Shown here piece by piece: positions 24,401 to 36,250 of a stretch of DNA of 64,000 nucleotides; within the stretch, counting starts at the first letter, position 1; each line of letters begins with the position of its first letter. A program made the translations under genes and the position numbers. The notes under the pieces were generated by a model. That model was not told the DNA's origin. It saw only the letters and a list, made by a program, of their open reading frames with translations, and did not search any database. The stretch is from Selaginella moellendorffii (taxonomy: Eukaryota; Plantae; Lycopodiophyta). The stretch spans positions 682,001-746,000 of the forward strand of contig NW_003314271.1 of the NCBI RefSeq assembly GCF_000143415.4, written 5' to 3'.

Positions 24401-24447
24401 CGTACAAAGACAAGCTCGACTCGCAGAGGCCATCGCTCGAAGAGTAG
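21446..24447 (+). CDS. Receptor-like cytoplasmic kinase with N-terminal USP-like domain (PERK-related family); about 9 exons
   Basis: [21 protein letters not shown] (USP-like); [72 protein letters not shown] across GT-AG introns. Confidence 0.88.
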
Positions 24448-24669
24448 AAATCTCTTCGCTCAAATCTCTGCCAACTTCACAGTCACAAAAACAAAGAGAG
24501 AAGATGAAGAGAAGAGAAGAAAAACAAAAAATTCTTACTAACAATGTAGCTGCCGTACGTAGCCTTTCCCATGTACAAATGGTCGAGAAAAATCATCACC
24601 TAATAGAAGAAGAAACCCTGTGTTGTCCCTCCCTTGTTCCCTCTTTATAAAAATTTCTATCTCCCACCA

Positions 24670-27657
24670 CTACCTGTGACCCTGTCCCGGTATCGTGAAA
24701 GAACTAGTGTCGCCATAGTTGGATTCCTCGTGATGCATCCACAAGCCGGCTCTCATCTCCTCCTCACACTTTAAGATCTGCTGTACATACTCGAGCGCCC
24801 CCGACACTGCCTGCTGCTCCTGCGCGTTTAGCTGCAGCGTGTAAACTCTCCTCCCATCCAGGAACCTCTTGTACTTGTGAACCACGTACATGTAGGCCTG
24901 CTGGACCTGGCTCGAGTGCGACGATCCAACCGGGCTGTAGTCCGAGAACCACTCGCAGGTGGTGAGAGGGATCCCTTTGGTCACCTTCTCCTCAAACCTG
25001 TCGTACTTGTTGAGGAGCAGCACCAGCGGGGTGTCTTGGAAGCACGGGTAGCCCACGATCTTGAAGAAGAGGTCCCGGCTGAAGATGAGCTTGTTGTGCA
25101 ACGCTCCCGTTAAATCTGTCCACTGCTGGTCGTAATCGCTGACGGCTACGCAGTAGACCAAAATCTTTACGTCCTCGAACATGTCGAGCCATTTCCTAAA
25201 CTCGTTTGTAGCTAAGCCGCCGATGCTAATCAGCTGGTACCTGTGAACCAGAAAAAAAAAAAGAAAAGAAGAAGACCAAGTAAGAATCCAAGAAGTCTCG
25301 AGTCTAAGCGTGTGGACCTGCGACGGTTAGATTCGTGGTCGTTGCTATCGGACAAGTCTTTGTCCTCGAGAGAAAATTGTACCTCTGCAAGACCGGTTCC
25401 TTGCTCAAGTCCCTCGGCAGATAAGATATCCGTGACCGATGGGACGTAATCCTGTATTTGTAACACCTGAAGCAGCCAAGACACACTTTGTAAGACGAAG
25501 GCAAAATGCACAGGGCACTTACTCTATTCAAAATATCGGCAGTCACTTCAGGAAGCTGTAGTTCATCCTTTCGACTGTATGTTTGTTGTATCACAGGGTC
25601 GTTCCAAATCTTAGAAAGATTAGAGCGCGTGTTTTTTGAGATGCTCCGTTCCAGATGACCCGCAGCCATGCTCGCCATGAACTTGTCAGCCGCATCCTTG
25701 AGCTGGTCATTCAAGGTATAAAGGTCTCCTGCAGAGGAAGTCAGTCAGATATGACGTTATGAAAGACTATGTCTCAAACCTGACTCTTCTTCGAATCTTT
25801 CTCGTGCTTCAAGCAGAACATTGAGAAACTGGTATGCCTTTCCCAGTATCATTTCCTTGTACTTTTGCAACTCCTCCGGCGAAAATTGGCCATTGTGAAG
25901 AATTTTCGTCTGATATTGCACTAGCGTCAGTAACACTTTTTCCGTAAAAAAGAAGGGAACATACCTGCTTGAAGATGGTACTCCTGCCCGACCCATCGTG
26001 CCCCAGTAGAAGAATTTTTGATGCGTCTTTAACTTCAATAGAAGTTGGAGAAACTTTTCTAGAGGCCGCCACTGCATCCGCCTTCACTAGTTGGTTGCTT
26101 GACCGTGGAGTTGGGAAAGAAAAAAATGGGTACAAAAGCCTCATCATGGGCTGCAAAGCGCACAAGATAGAGTTAGTGATCTTTAAAGCATAACAAACAT
26201 TATGTTTCTCACTTTGTTCCACAGGTTACCCTTGATCTCCTTCTGACCTTCGTCTCCATATCTACCATCAGGATACAAAACAAGGTACGTTTGAGGAGTG
26301 CATTGAACGCCAAGAGCCTGTTCAGAAAAGATAAAAGTAAATCAACTTCTGGACTTTACAAACTGTACTCACGTACTTTGAGCATTTTAAACTCCGATTT
26401 CGTGATCTCCCGACAGTTTAGGAACACTTGCGTCGTTCCATTGCTGGCATTTTGCTGCAGAGGTCCTCCTACTTTCAACTCAGGAGTGATAAACATGTGT
26501 GGTTTTTCTCCTTCCTGAAACAACAAATCAGTCCCAAAACATAAAGACGACTTCGAAACACATACCCTGCCCCAGAGTCCCGAGGCCTTGTCATACCAGT
26601 ATTTCCCGGGCTTCAGTCGCACACATTCTTGTTGTAACAAAATCAGCTCTTCAAAAATCAGCCTCCTTCCGTTCACAATCACTTGCTCTGGCTGCAGCTG
26701 GTTTGAAAAGCACTCCCTTTCAGACTTCATGCACTGTTGGATCTCCAAGGGACTCAGCAGCCTCTTCAACAGTCTCGAAGGCTTTCCCAAAAACGGACGG
26801 CGATCCTCCAAAACGGGGCGTCCAACACATTCTTCACACTTCCTCCCTTCTGGCATGGATCCCATCACTACCAGCACGCAGTTGGAGCAAAACTTCGAGC
26901 CGCAAGCCAAACACACCTCCTTCTCCGTCAGCCTGTTACCTCTCAGACAGCGGTAGCACTGTCCCCGTTTCCTGTGAATGTTTCCGCCTTTCCCAGACGG
27001 AGAGGGATCCAATCCATACCGCCGACTATCAAAGTTTCCACTGGGATCTTCCGACTCTCCCGGGGAGAACTCTTCCGAATACTGCAGCGCCGAAGAGTCC
27101 GTGACAATGCCCTCCGACGATGGTGTTCTCCCGAAAAGCTGTGGCGAAGGCGACGTAGCCAGCTCCTCAATCTCCGACGGACAGGACTTTCGAGTGGCGG
27201 CGGCAGCACTGCTGGCAGCATCCCGCTCGACAGTAGCAGCGGCGACAGCCATCGCCGAGGATGATTCCGAGAACGAGGAGCCCGACGTCGATCGAAAGAA
27301 CTGGCGAGCAGCGGGGACCGAAGAAGCAGCAACGTTCCCAGAGCCTCTCCACAGCTGAGCCACCGGAAGAATGGTGGCGAGTTTTGGAGGCGTGGTCTTG
27401 TTAGTCCCCCAAGAAGGAGCCATGGGAGCCTTTGGGAGTGGAAACTCTACCGGAGGCCCGTTGTAAGGGGTGGCGAACGAATACTCGATGTTGTCCAAGT
27501 CTATGGCTGCTCCTGGAGGAAACAAACCTCTGAGAAGATCGTGCTTGGCCGACCCATTGCCATTGGGCAACGCCGAGGAGGCCATGGTGAAGCTCTCCTC
27601 CTCCAAAGCCTCGGCCTTTTGGCGCTGGCTAGTCGTAGAAGAATTCTTTCTCGTCAT
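24670..27657 (-). CDS. XLG: Extra-large GTP-binding protein (multi-exon)
   Basis: EYSFATPYNGPP N-terminal motif; Cys-rich CYRCLRGNRLTEKEVCLACGSKFCSNCV..MGSMPEGRKC; NASNGTTQVFLNCREITK; G-alpha motifs LLLGHDGSGRSTIFKQ, WLDMFEDV, LLLNKYD. Confidence 0.93.
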
Positions 27658-28367
27658 GGAAATCCCCTACACAAACCAAGCAATGATCAAGCACAAGAAG
27701 AGAGAGCGAAAGAATGAAGAAAAACAAACGAGGTAGACGAGGAAAAAATTCCACTGACCAAGTCTCTTGCTCCGATCTCGCATTTCGCTCGATTCCAGCG
27801 ATTCCCGCTAGCTCCGAGACGATCCTCCTCCCGCGCGCTACATTCTCCGCGGATTGCTAAACCCTAAGCCGCCCCGGATTGCTCTGTCTGCCCCGGAGAT
27901 TCGCGAGGAGCTCACCTTGCTCGCGCAGCTGGGACGACGATCGAGGGAGCTCGCGGGGGGCGATCGACAGACACCAGCTGCGACGACGCGGGCGCTCAAA
28001 ATCTCCGCGCTAATGTTCTTCGACCTATTCCTACCACACACCGCCGTACACGGAATTCGGCCAGGGGTCCTCCGTACGCACACGTCAGCAGAATGCGTCA
28101 GCCAGTTTTGTGTGTGTGTGAGGTATTCCATATTCGCTGGACTGCTCGTGCGCGGTAAGAAAAAAAAATCCATCTCTTCTCTTTTTCGCCAGTTCCAATG
28201 ACGCAATGTGCTTGATCACGAATTTTTATGATGTCTCTAGTAGAAAAGTCGTGATTTTCACTTGGAGGACTTTTACCGTTGTGACGAATCGTAAAAGCTC
28301 TGTTCCAATCCAAGCCGTGAGAAAAGTTCGTGAGAAAAGAAACGATGCTTACCTCCAAGCTCCAAAA

Positions 28368-30884
28368 TCACCAAAAGTCTCCGCAAGAACACACTCCATC
28401 CCTGAAAACATGGAATCGACTCGCGTCTCGGCAAACCACGACTCGCTGCTCGATCCGGGAGATGATCGAGGTGGCTCTGTGGCAGTCGTCGCAAGCGCGG
28501 AGATTCTTGGCGATGTGTATGCTCGTCCCCGGCTTCGTGTTCACCAAAGCACACCCAATGGCCAGCTTCTCGCTATGGCCGCACAGAGCATTCTCTTTCT
28601 CCTCGTCTGCGATGTCAAACAGAGCACCGTCCCAGTCAGGCACGTATCCGGCTTGTTTCAAGCTTACCATCACTTCCTTGAGCTTGGCGAGTATCTGGGA
28701 GCTCTGGGGATGGCTCGTGTCCCCGGCGCAAAACCTGTGAACTCTCCCGGATTCATCAATCCACCAGCTTTGTCCCGGCTTCTTGAAAGCCCGAGCTTTG
28801 TTCCTCATCGTCCGGATGCTCAAGCTCTCCTCAAACATCCCGGCGGCGGCGTAGATGGTGGCCATCACCGAGTACGCTGCAGCATCCCTCTCGTCAGCTC
28901 TTACAATGGAATCGAAAGCAAGCCTACCGGTTTCCACGTTTCTCCATTTCCTGCTCGCCGCCAAGATGGCTCTCCAGATCGTTAAGTTGGGCTGGAAAGG
29001 CATGGTTTTGATCATCGCCATCGCCTCGTCGAGATAGTTTCCTCGGGCTAGAGTGTCCACCAGGCAGCTGTAGTGTTCGATCGTCGCAGCAATCCCGTGA
29101 TCCGAGATCATTGTATCGAAAACCTCCTTGCCTTTCTCGACTAGCCCGGCGTGGCTGCAAGCTGTGAGAATGCAGAGAAACGTGATCCTGTTTGGCTGGA
29201 GACGTTCTTCTTGCATCCTCTGGAAGAGATAGATTGCCTGCTTCGCATGTCCATGGTGACTATATCCTGCGATCAGCGAGTTCCATGTTACAAGTCCCCT
29301 CGTCGTCAAAGAATCAAATACCTCTTGAGCTTCTTGCATATCCGCGCACTTGCCGTAGAAACTAATCAAAGAGCTCGCCACGGCCTCGTCGTGCTCCAGT
29401 CCAGCACTCCGGATGTGCGAGTGGATTGACTTCCCAGTCTGCAAGTCTGCCAAAGATCCGCAGGCTTTGAGCGCAGAAACAAAAGTTTGAGAAACGGGCA
29501 CGATACCTTCGTCGCGCATTCGAGCGTAGAAACGCAAAGCCACCTCCGCTTCACCGGACTGGGAGTAGCCCCGGATCATGGCGTTCCACAGCAGAAGATC
29601 GCGAGGCCGCGTCCTCTCAAAAACCTCTCGTGCCTCGGCCATGCTTCCACACTTGGAGTACATATCCACGAGAGTGCTCGCGACCAAGCTGTGTGCTTCG
29701 TGTCCCTGCTTCACGAGCTGGAAGTGCAAACCCGCGGCTTTCTCCAAGCACACCTTCCTGTCGAGTTGGTCTCTCGAGAGATCTTCCCTGGTGGCGATGC
29801 TTATACAGGCCTCGAGAGCACCGACGTAAGTTAGAGCGTTTGGCACGCATCCTTCCTCTTGCATGCGTGAGAAGAGCTCGAGAGCCAAGTCTCCCTCTCC
29901 ACTTTGAGCGTGTCCCATGATCAAAGCAGTCCAGGAGACAACGTCGTGGCGAGGCATCCGGTCGAAGATCCAGCGCGCCTCTATCATGCTCCCACACTTG
30001 ACATACATATCCACGAGAGCGCTCTCGAGATATATATCCCAAGTCTCTCCAGCGTTCTTGAGCTGGGAGTGTACCGCATTTCCTTTCTCCAACGCCGAGA
30101 CCTTGACAAGCTTCCCCTCGATCTTAGTCCCATCTTCTCGAATCGCCAGTGCCGTGCAAGCAGCAAGCGCGGCGGTGAAAGTTCTCACGTTTGGAACGAA
30201 GCCTCTGTCTTGCATGTGGGAGAAGAGCTCGAGAGCCGTCTCGCCATCGCCACTGTCAACGTATCCCAGGATCAAAGAGTTCCACAAAACCACGTCGTGA
30301 TGGACCATGGCATCAAACACCACCTTTGCGTTCTCCATGTCCCCACACTTGGAGTACATATCCACAAGGCTGCTCGCGACGAAGAGGTTTGATCCAAGAC
30401 CGGTGCTCGCAACCTGGGAGTGAAGAGCCTTTCCCCGATCTAAGCAATCCATAGCTCCTTCCACCGCGAGAGCGGCACAAGCCTTCAAGGCCGCGACGTA
30501 AGTAGCGGCATTTGGCTTGAATCCCCGGCACTTCATCGCGGAGAAGAGATCCAGTGCGACCTCTCCCTGGCCGCGCTGTGCATACCCTTTGATGATCGCG
30601 TTCCACGACACGACGCTGTGCTGCCGGATGCTGTCAAAGGCGCGCCTCGCCTCGACCATGCTCCCGCATTTGGCGTACATGTCGACGATGGTATTGGCGA
30701 CGAAGATATTGGCCCCATCCCCGATGTGGCCGTGGATCCTCGCCCCGGCCTGCAAATCCCGCAGGCTGATGCACGCCTTGAGCGCCGCGAGCTGTGCCGC
30801 AACGCTGGGCGCCACCGATTCCTCCCGCATTCGATCGAACGCCCTGATCGCCTCCCTGGCCTCCTTGGCGCCCACCGCTCGCAT
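28368..30884 (-). CDS. PLS-class PPR protein with E and DYW deaminase domains (organellar C-to-U editing factor type)
   Basis: PLS repeats (LVDMYSKCG); KKPGQSW; HSEKLA and CDDCH zinc motifs; ends HVFRDGVCSCGDFW; likely ATG at 30884. Confidence 0.95.
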   Translation of the reverse strand: MRAVGAKEAREAIRAFDRMREESVAPSVAAQLAALKACISLRDLQAGARIHGHIGDGANIFVANTIVDMYAKCGSMVEARRAFDSIRQHSVVSWNAIIKGYAQRGQGEVALDLFSAMKCRGFKPNAATYVAALKACAALAVEGAMDCLDRGKALHSQVASTGLGSNLFVASSLVDMYSKCGDMENAKVVFDAMVHHDVVLWNSLILGYVDSGDGETALELFSHMQDRGFVPNVRTFTAALAACTALAIREDGTKIEGKLVKVSALEKGNAVHSQLKNAGETWDIYLESALVDMYVKCGSMIEARWIFDRMPRHDVVSWTALIMGHAQSGEGDLALELFSRMQEEGCVPNALTYVGALEACISIATREDLSRDQLDRKVCLEKAAGLHFQLVKQGHEAHSLVASTLVDMYSKCGSMAEAREVFERTRPRDLLLWNAMIRGYSQSGEAEVALRFYARMRDEGIVPVSQTFVSALKACGSLADLQTGKSIHSHIRSAGLEHDEAVASSLISFYGKCADMQEAQEVFDSLTTRGLVTWNSLIAGYSHHGHAKQAIYLFQRMQEERLQPNRITFLCILTACSHAGLVEKGKEVFDTMISDHGIAATIEHYSCLVDTLARGNYLDEAMAMIKTMPFQPNLTIWRAILAASRKWRNVETGRLAFDSIVRADERDAAAYSVMATIYAAAGMFEESLSIRTMRNKARAFKKPGQSWWIDESGRVHRFCAGDTSHPQSSQILAKLKEVMVSLKQAGYVPDWDGALFDIADEEKENALCGHSEKLAIGCALVNTKPGTSIHIAKNLRACDDCHRATSIISRIEQRVVVCRDASRFHVFRDGVCSCGDFW

Positions 30885-32214
30885 TTTCCATAAGAACCCT
30901 AAAACTAAAAACCGAGCTGGACCATCGGTCAAACTCGAAGAATTAAGTATGAGATCGCCTATGCATCCAGCACACTGCGAGATAGAGAATATCTGAGAAA
31001 TCGAATCGATCAAGGATAGGAGATGCCCGAAGTCTTGAGGCACACATCCAAACCAACCAAGAAATTGCCAGAGTGAGATTCAAATTCCAGGACTCTATGG
31101 TTTTGACGAGGAGGAAGTGGGATTGCTATAAAATCTTGACCACTTTAAATTATAGGTTTGTTTTGGCCGGATAAAGAAAGGGCTGACCTTGACTTGACTT
31201 GGACTTCGTTGACTCGACATGGACTCCAGCGTGTCCAACCTTTAAAAACACAACTCTTCTGTTGCAATAGGTGCTCATGGACGAGGACGGTCCATGCTTA
31301 CACTTACTTAAGTGAATACGCTTACTTAAGTCCATGCTTTCGATCACCCCCAGTAGAGTATCATGGGCCTCCTTCAAGTCATCCATCCCATCCAATCTAG
31401 CCAATGTAGAATATTTATTAAAGAAAGCCATGGAGAGCAATCGCCCGAGCACCAGCAACCGTCCTCCTGCTCCTTGGTTCCAATTTCTCTAGCTTCCATC
31501 GTCAGGACTTGAAAGTCCTCGAAGCCGACTTGGTGGATTAACTTTTGGACCTGAGCCTGGGAACCCCTTCCCCAGCCCCTGAATCTCACTGCATCCCAGT
31601 TCTCGACGCCACGGCTTTGTTCGATCCGGTCTCATCCACTTCCTATGTTTCATGATCGGGATCCTCTTGCCACTACACCATCTTGTACGGCCGTGACTTC
31701 CCTTCCGCTGGTTACTTGGCCAAAGATTTCGTTTCCAAGGATAACTCAACGGTGAAATTTGGATGCGGTCGAGACAGCACCGGCCTGCTTGGGCGCCTTG
31801 AGAGCTCGGGCATCTCTTGAGTCGGTAGGAGGGCAACTGCGGAGCTCAGGGTACATGGGCAAGTTTTGGACTCTAGGCATGGTTTACACCCTGATGATCA
31901 AAAACCTCTTTACTACATGAGTATAGCATCCAGACAAAAGCTTAAACTAGTGTTAAAGCTGATGACACTCTCACCAGCATATCAGTGTGACAACATTCTT
32001 AACCTACTTCATTCCCCATCTCTCATCCGAATGATCGGACATTATACACAAAGTTGCAGACGTTCTTGGCACGGAACTTTGCTAATCACCAGAAACTCTG
32101 ACGTACAGTTTCCAGGGTGTTCAGGTCGTTGTGTTAACAAGGATTGGATTTGGAACGGGATGTGATGTGTAGCAAGCCTTCTGGCTTGTGCTACTATTTA
32201 GTATTGTTTGTAGT

Positions 32215-32808
32215 TTAATCTATTAAAGGTATAGCAATTGTTTGAAACGATGTCCTTAAATTGTTATGCACCAGTTGGATCGACGTATTCCAAGAGATCA
32301 AAAAGTTCCACAAAACCACGTCGCAATGGACGGCATCAAACACAACCTTGGCGTTCTCCAGGCTGCTCGCGACGAAGAGGTTTGATCCATGACCGCTGCT
32401 CGCAACCTGGGAGTGAAGAGCCTTTCCCCGATCTAAGCATTCCATCTTCGAGAGAGCTCCTTCCACGGCGAGAGCGGCACAAGCCTTCAAGGCCGCGACG
32501 TAAGTAGCGGCATTTGGCTTCAATCCGGCGTTTTTCGCGGAGAAGAGATCCAGTGCGGCCTCTCCCTGGCCGCGCTGCGCATACCCTTTCCACGACAGGA
32601 CGCAGTCAAGGGCGCGCCTCGCCTCCACCATGCTCCCGCATTTGGCGACGATGGCATTGGCCCCATCCCCGATCCTTGCCCCGGCCTGCAACTTCCGCAG
32701 GCTGATGCACGCCTTGAGCTGTGCCGCGACGCTGGGCGTTACCGATTCCTCCCGAATTCGATCGAACGCCCTGATTCGCCTCCAAGAAAAACAATATGCT
32801 TCTTTCAT
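32215..32808 (-). pseudogene. Partial duplicate of the 5' part of the DYW-PPR gene with many small deletions
   Basis: High identity to ~30260-30850; about ten indels relative to the parent; truncated after VVLWN. Confidence 0.88.
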
Positions 32809-33087
32809 CCTTAGGAAATTTCTGGAAGCCGCCACGGTAGCCTGGTGGAGGCGCTCACCGAGTATCTCCACCAGTCGCGGCAGCCTCGTCTTACAAATTA
32901 CCAAAGAGTTCCATTTGGAAGCGCCGCCTCCGAAGGGAAACACCCGAGCAACACTTTGTCCGGTGGGCTGCTGGAGGCGTGGGAAATCTAGTCGAGCTCT
33001 TCGCCTTCTTCTTTTTTTCTTTGCGGCAAGGAGGAGAAAGAAAGCAGAGAAGCAAGAAAGTCAGCTCCACACACAGCCAGAAGCACA

Positions 33088-33232
33088 TGAAAACAACCGA
33101 GCAAGAAGATTTAATCACTCACCATGGGCGCCATCCAGATCCAGCTCCATCTACGTCACAGCCAAAGCAACTCGTTAGAAGTAAGAAGAGCGTGCACACA
33201 CAAGCAATCCTCCCGAGCCCAACCGCCAGAGG
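33088..33232. repeat. ~140-bp dispersed direct repeat, copy 1 (copy 2 at ~38826-38955)
   Basis: GCAAGAAGAT.TAATCACTC..CCATCCAG.TCCAGCT..CACACAAGCAATCCTCCCGAGC.CAACCGCCAGAGGC at both sites. Confidence 0.8.
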
Positions 33233-35404
33233 CCTGCTCTTTGAATGGTTTGTGTCTGGCCAATCTTTGAAAGAGTTTTGGAAAGGTTAGCGTTTTCCTC
33301 CTCTGTCAATCAATCAATCAATCCAATCCAGCGAAGAATCAAGGCGCTGGCCGGCAGCGAAAAAAAGAACAGAAAAACTCATGACTATGTAAAGCTACAA
33401 CATAATCAAACTTTAGTTTGGCATCTTCTATAGAAAATCCAAGTGCTATACAGATTTTAAAAACAGGACTAGTAAGATTGCAATAGCATTGTGAGAAAAT
33501 TTCCCACGCGTACAGCTGCACAAGTTCGAGCAGTAGTTCCAGCGTTTTCAGATCTACAAAATGTTATAGCCCTGATAGAAATTAGAAAGGTATAGCACAG
33601 TTACTGCAGAGAAAGTAGAACTATATGCAATAGTCGCTATGAAAGCTTGGGATTCTTCTTCTGTGCTTGAGTTTCTAGTGAAATCTTCAGAAAGCACAAT
33701 GAAGATCGATAGTCGGAAGGAGTCGTCGTACTTGGTGATAGCCAACATCTACGCCAGCTCGATGAGAGCTCCAAGGTTCTGGAGATCAAGGATGCAGTGA
33801 CGCGTAGACAAGCTCAAGTCAGCTGCTAGTGCGGAGAAGATGGTCTTGTGTCTGGAGTACTGGTGGGGCGACATTCACTTCATCACGGATGAAAAGAGAT
33901 TAAGCACAGAAATCTGATCGTACCACCACCACCTTTTTGTAGCTAAGGTGGTGGAGTATCTTAGACAGAAGCTGTAAACTCGATGTTCGTACATGATCCC
34001 AGTACTGTGCGCTTACTTGCTCGATCCAATTCAGACTTGTGAAACTGTAAGAAAAGAATTCTTCTTTTGCGGTAAGGAGGTGTTGGACCAGAATCACCGT
34101 AATCAAAGGCAGAGATGGAGGAGCACAAGTTGTATGTCTTGGAGTTGTAATAGCCAAGCATGCAAGTATTTTTTCCATATGCAGGAATGTTATCGGAGGT
34201 TTATGTTAGCTGGGCGGTGGATTGTGGCATGACAATGAATGGATCGGTGGAAGCAACAATAGGGCAGGGACAGTAAGCAGTAGGCATAGCAATAGCAAAA
34301 GTATAGATCAAATTAGATTGCATTAGATTGGAGATGAGGAAGGGAGAAAACTCAAGTTTCAAGATTCATTTGGTTGGTTTTCTATTCTAGAAGCCAAGCT
34401 TTCGAAGAAGAAGCTACTACCATACGTCCCCATACTTCTCTTTCTAGAGGATGTAGTGTAGTGTGTATGACAGTGGAGCAGTGGCAAGCATATGAGGACT
34501 ATGAGCAAAACAACATCTCAGCAAAAGTAATGTTGATCAAGTGAGTTCAGTTAGAAAATATTCTCAAGGTGGAGAACTTTCCAACTATTGCAGAGGCATG
34601 GTGGATTCTTCAACACCACTATTGTGAGCAAACTCTAGAACATGAAGTCCACTTTTTCTAATGCCATTGGCATTTTGATGATCCTGGGACGCAATGAGAA
34701 ATATCAGAAGGCAAAGGTAGAGCTTCAGACTAACAGTGTACATCCTGGTGTAGATCAGGTGATTGCAAACATACATCACTGTAGAAGTGTCAATGACATC
34801 TTTGGGGAAAAGAACATAGTAGGACTTTAAGCATAATGAATTTGTTGCTCTGGACTTTTAAGTAAGCAATTCTCCAACAAATGCCCATGAAAACCAGTTG
34901 AACAGAACGCAGTGGAATAAGCTCATGTCAAGTTGTTTTTCCAAAAAATAATTCTTGGTTTCTGTAAGTACAGCTAGTGGTGAGGCATTGAGAATAATTG
35001 CATTCGGCACAATTTTCTTTTCAAATTTACACCTTGAAATTACTAATGTGCTATACATTCCAAAGCTAGTGAAACATCTTTTGTTCATTTCTAAACTGGT
35101 AGAGGATGGAGTGTACACATTCTTTCATTGCTCAATAGCAAAATTTGTATATAATCATACACAAATTGCTCAAACTTTTCTCAAAAACATGCTTTATTTC
35201 ATCTCAATATCACTCTCGTTTGTAAATACTATTTTAGCCACTAACAAAGCAAAGCTACAGTTATGGTACTGGTGCATGTGAGTTTTTGCAGGATAGGCAA
35301 TACATTCATGTTATCCTATAGTGTACCAGATCTTCCAGGATCATGTGAAAATTTTTGTAATGACTATCTACACATGAAAATGAAAAAAAATGAGCCACTT
35401 CTTA

Positions 35405-36250
35405 AATAATTTGTTGTGCATCATGTAGCAAAGCTTGGTTTTATTAATAGTAGTCATTCTTATTTAGCAATTTTGAATAATCCAATTGATCAATAATTAT
35501 AAATATGTTTATAATTTATATATCAAGATTAATCTTATTGCATATTAACTATTAGATAGTAAAATAAAAAAGAATATACTAGAAAGTGTTTAGGAAAGTT
35601 TATAAATAATAATTACAAGATTAATTTAAATGAATAACAACCATTAGATTAGTAGAATATCCTAAAATATCCAAGAATATTCTAGGTATATTCACTACCA
35701 TCTATAGGTATTGCTTAAGAAAACTAATAATTTATGCTTAATATGCTTAATAGTAGTCATTCTTATTTAGTATTTTTGGTTTGTTTGAGCAAAATTTATA
35801 GGGGTGGTAGTGGATATACCTAGAATAAGCTTGGATATTCTAGGATATTCTACTAATCTAACGGTTGTTATTCATTTAGATTAATCTTGTATTTATTATT
35901 TATAAACTTTCTTAAACACTTTCTAGTATACTCTTTTTTATTTTACTATCTAATAGTTAATATAAAATAAAATTGATTTATAAATTATAAACATATTTAT
36001 AATTATTGATCAATTGAATTATTTAATGACACTACCTTTAAGTAAACCAAGCATTGTTGCATGCAACACACAGCAAATAATTGAATAATCCAATTGATTA
36101 ATAATTATAAATATATTTATAATTTATATATCAAGATTAATCTTATTCATATCAAAAAAAAAATATATATACTAGGAAATGTTTAGGAAAGTTTATAAAT
36201 TATAAATATAATATTAATCTTAGATGGTAGAATATCCTAAAATATCCAAA
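35405..36250. mobile_element. AT-rich foldback insertion with ~280-300-bp inverted arms inside the copia
   Basis: 35405-35700 is the reverse complement of ~35806-36082; a partial third direct copy lies at 36083-36250. Confidence 0.75.

Noticed and set aside
28206-28985. 259-aa plus-strand ORF and other overlapping ORFs in GC-rich genes
   Set aside because: Antisense or alternative-frame shadows of PPR, XLG and kinase exons with no recognisable motifs
30885-31043. N-terminal extension of the DYW-PPR in the ORF track
   Set aside because: Starts at a non-ATG codon; the first in-frame ATG is at 30884, although an upstream exon cannot be excluded
31150-32165. Short ORFs between the DYW-PPR and its copy
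   Set aside because: No recognisable family or consistent splice pattern
33690-33770. PPR E-domain-like peptide SSYLVIANIYASS
   Set aside because: Too short and isolated to call
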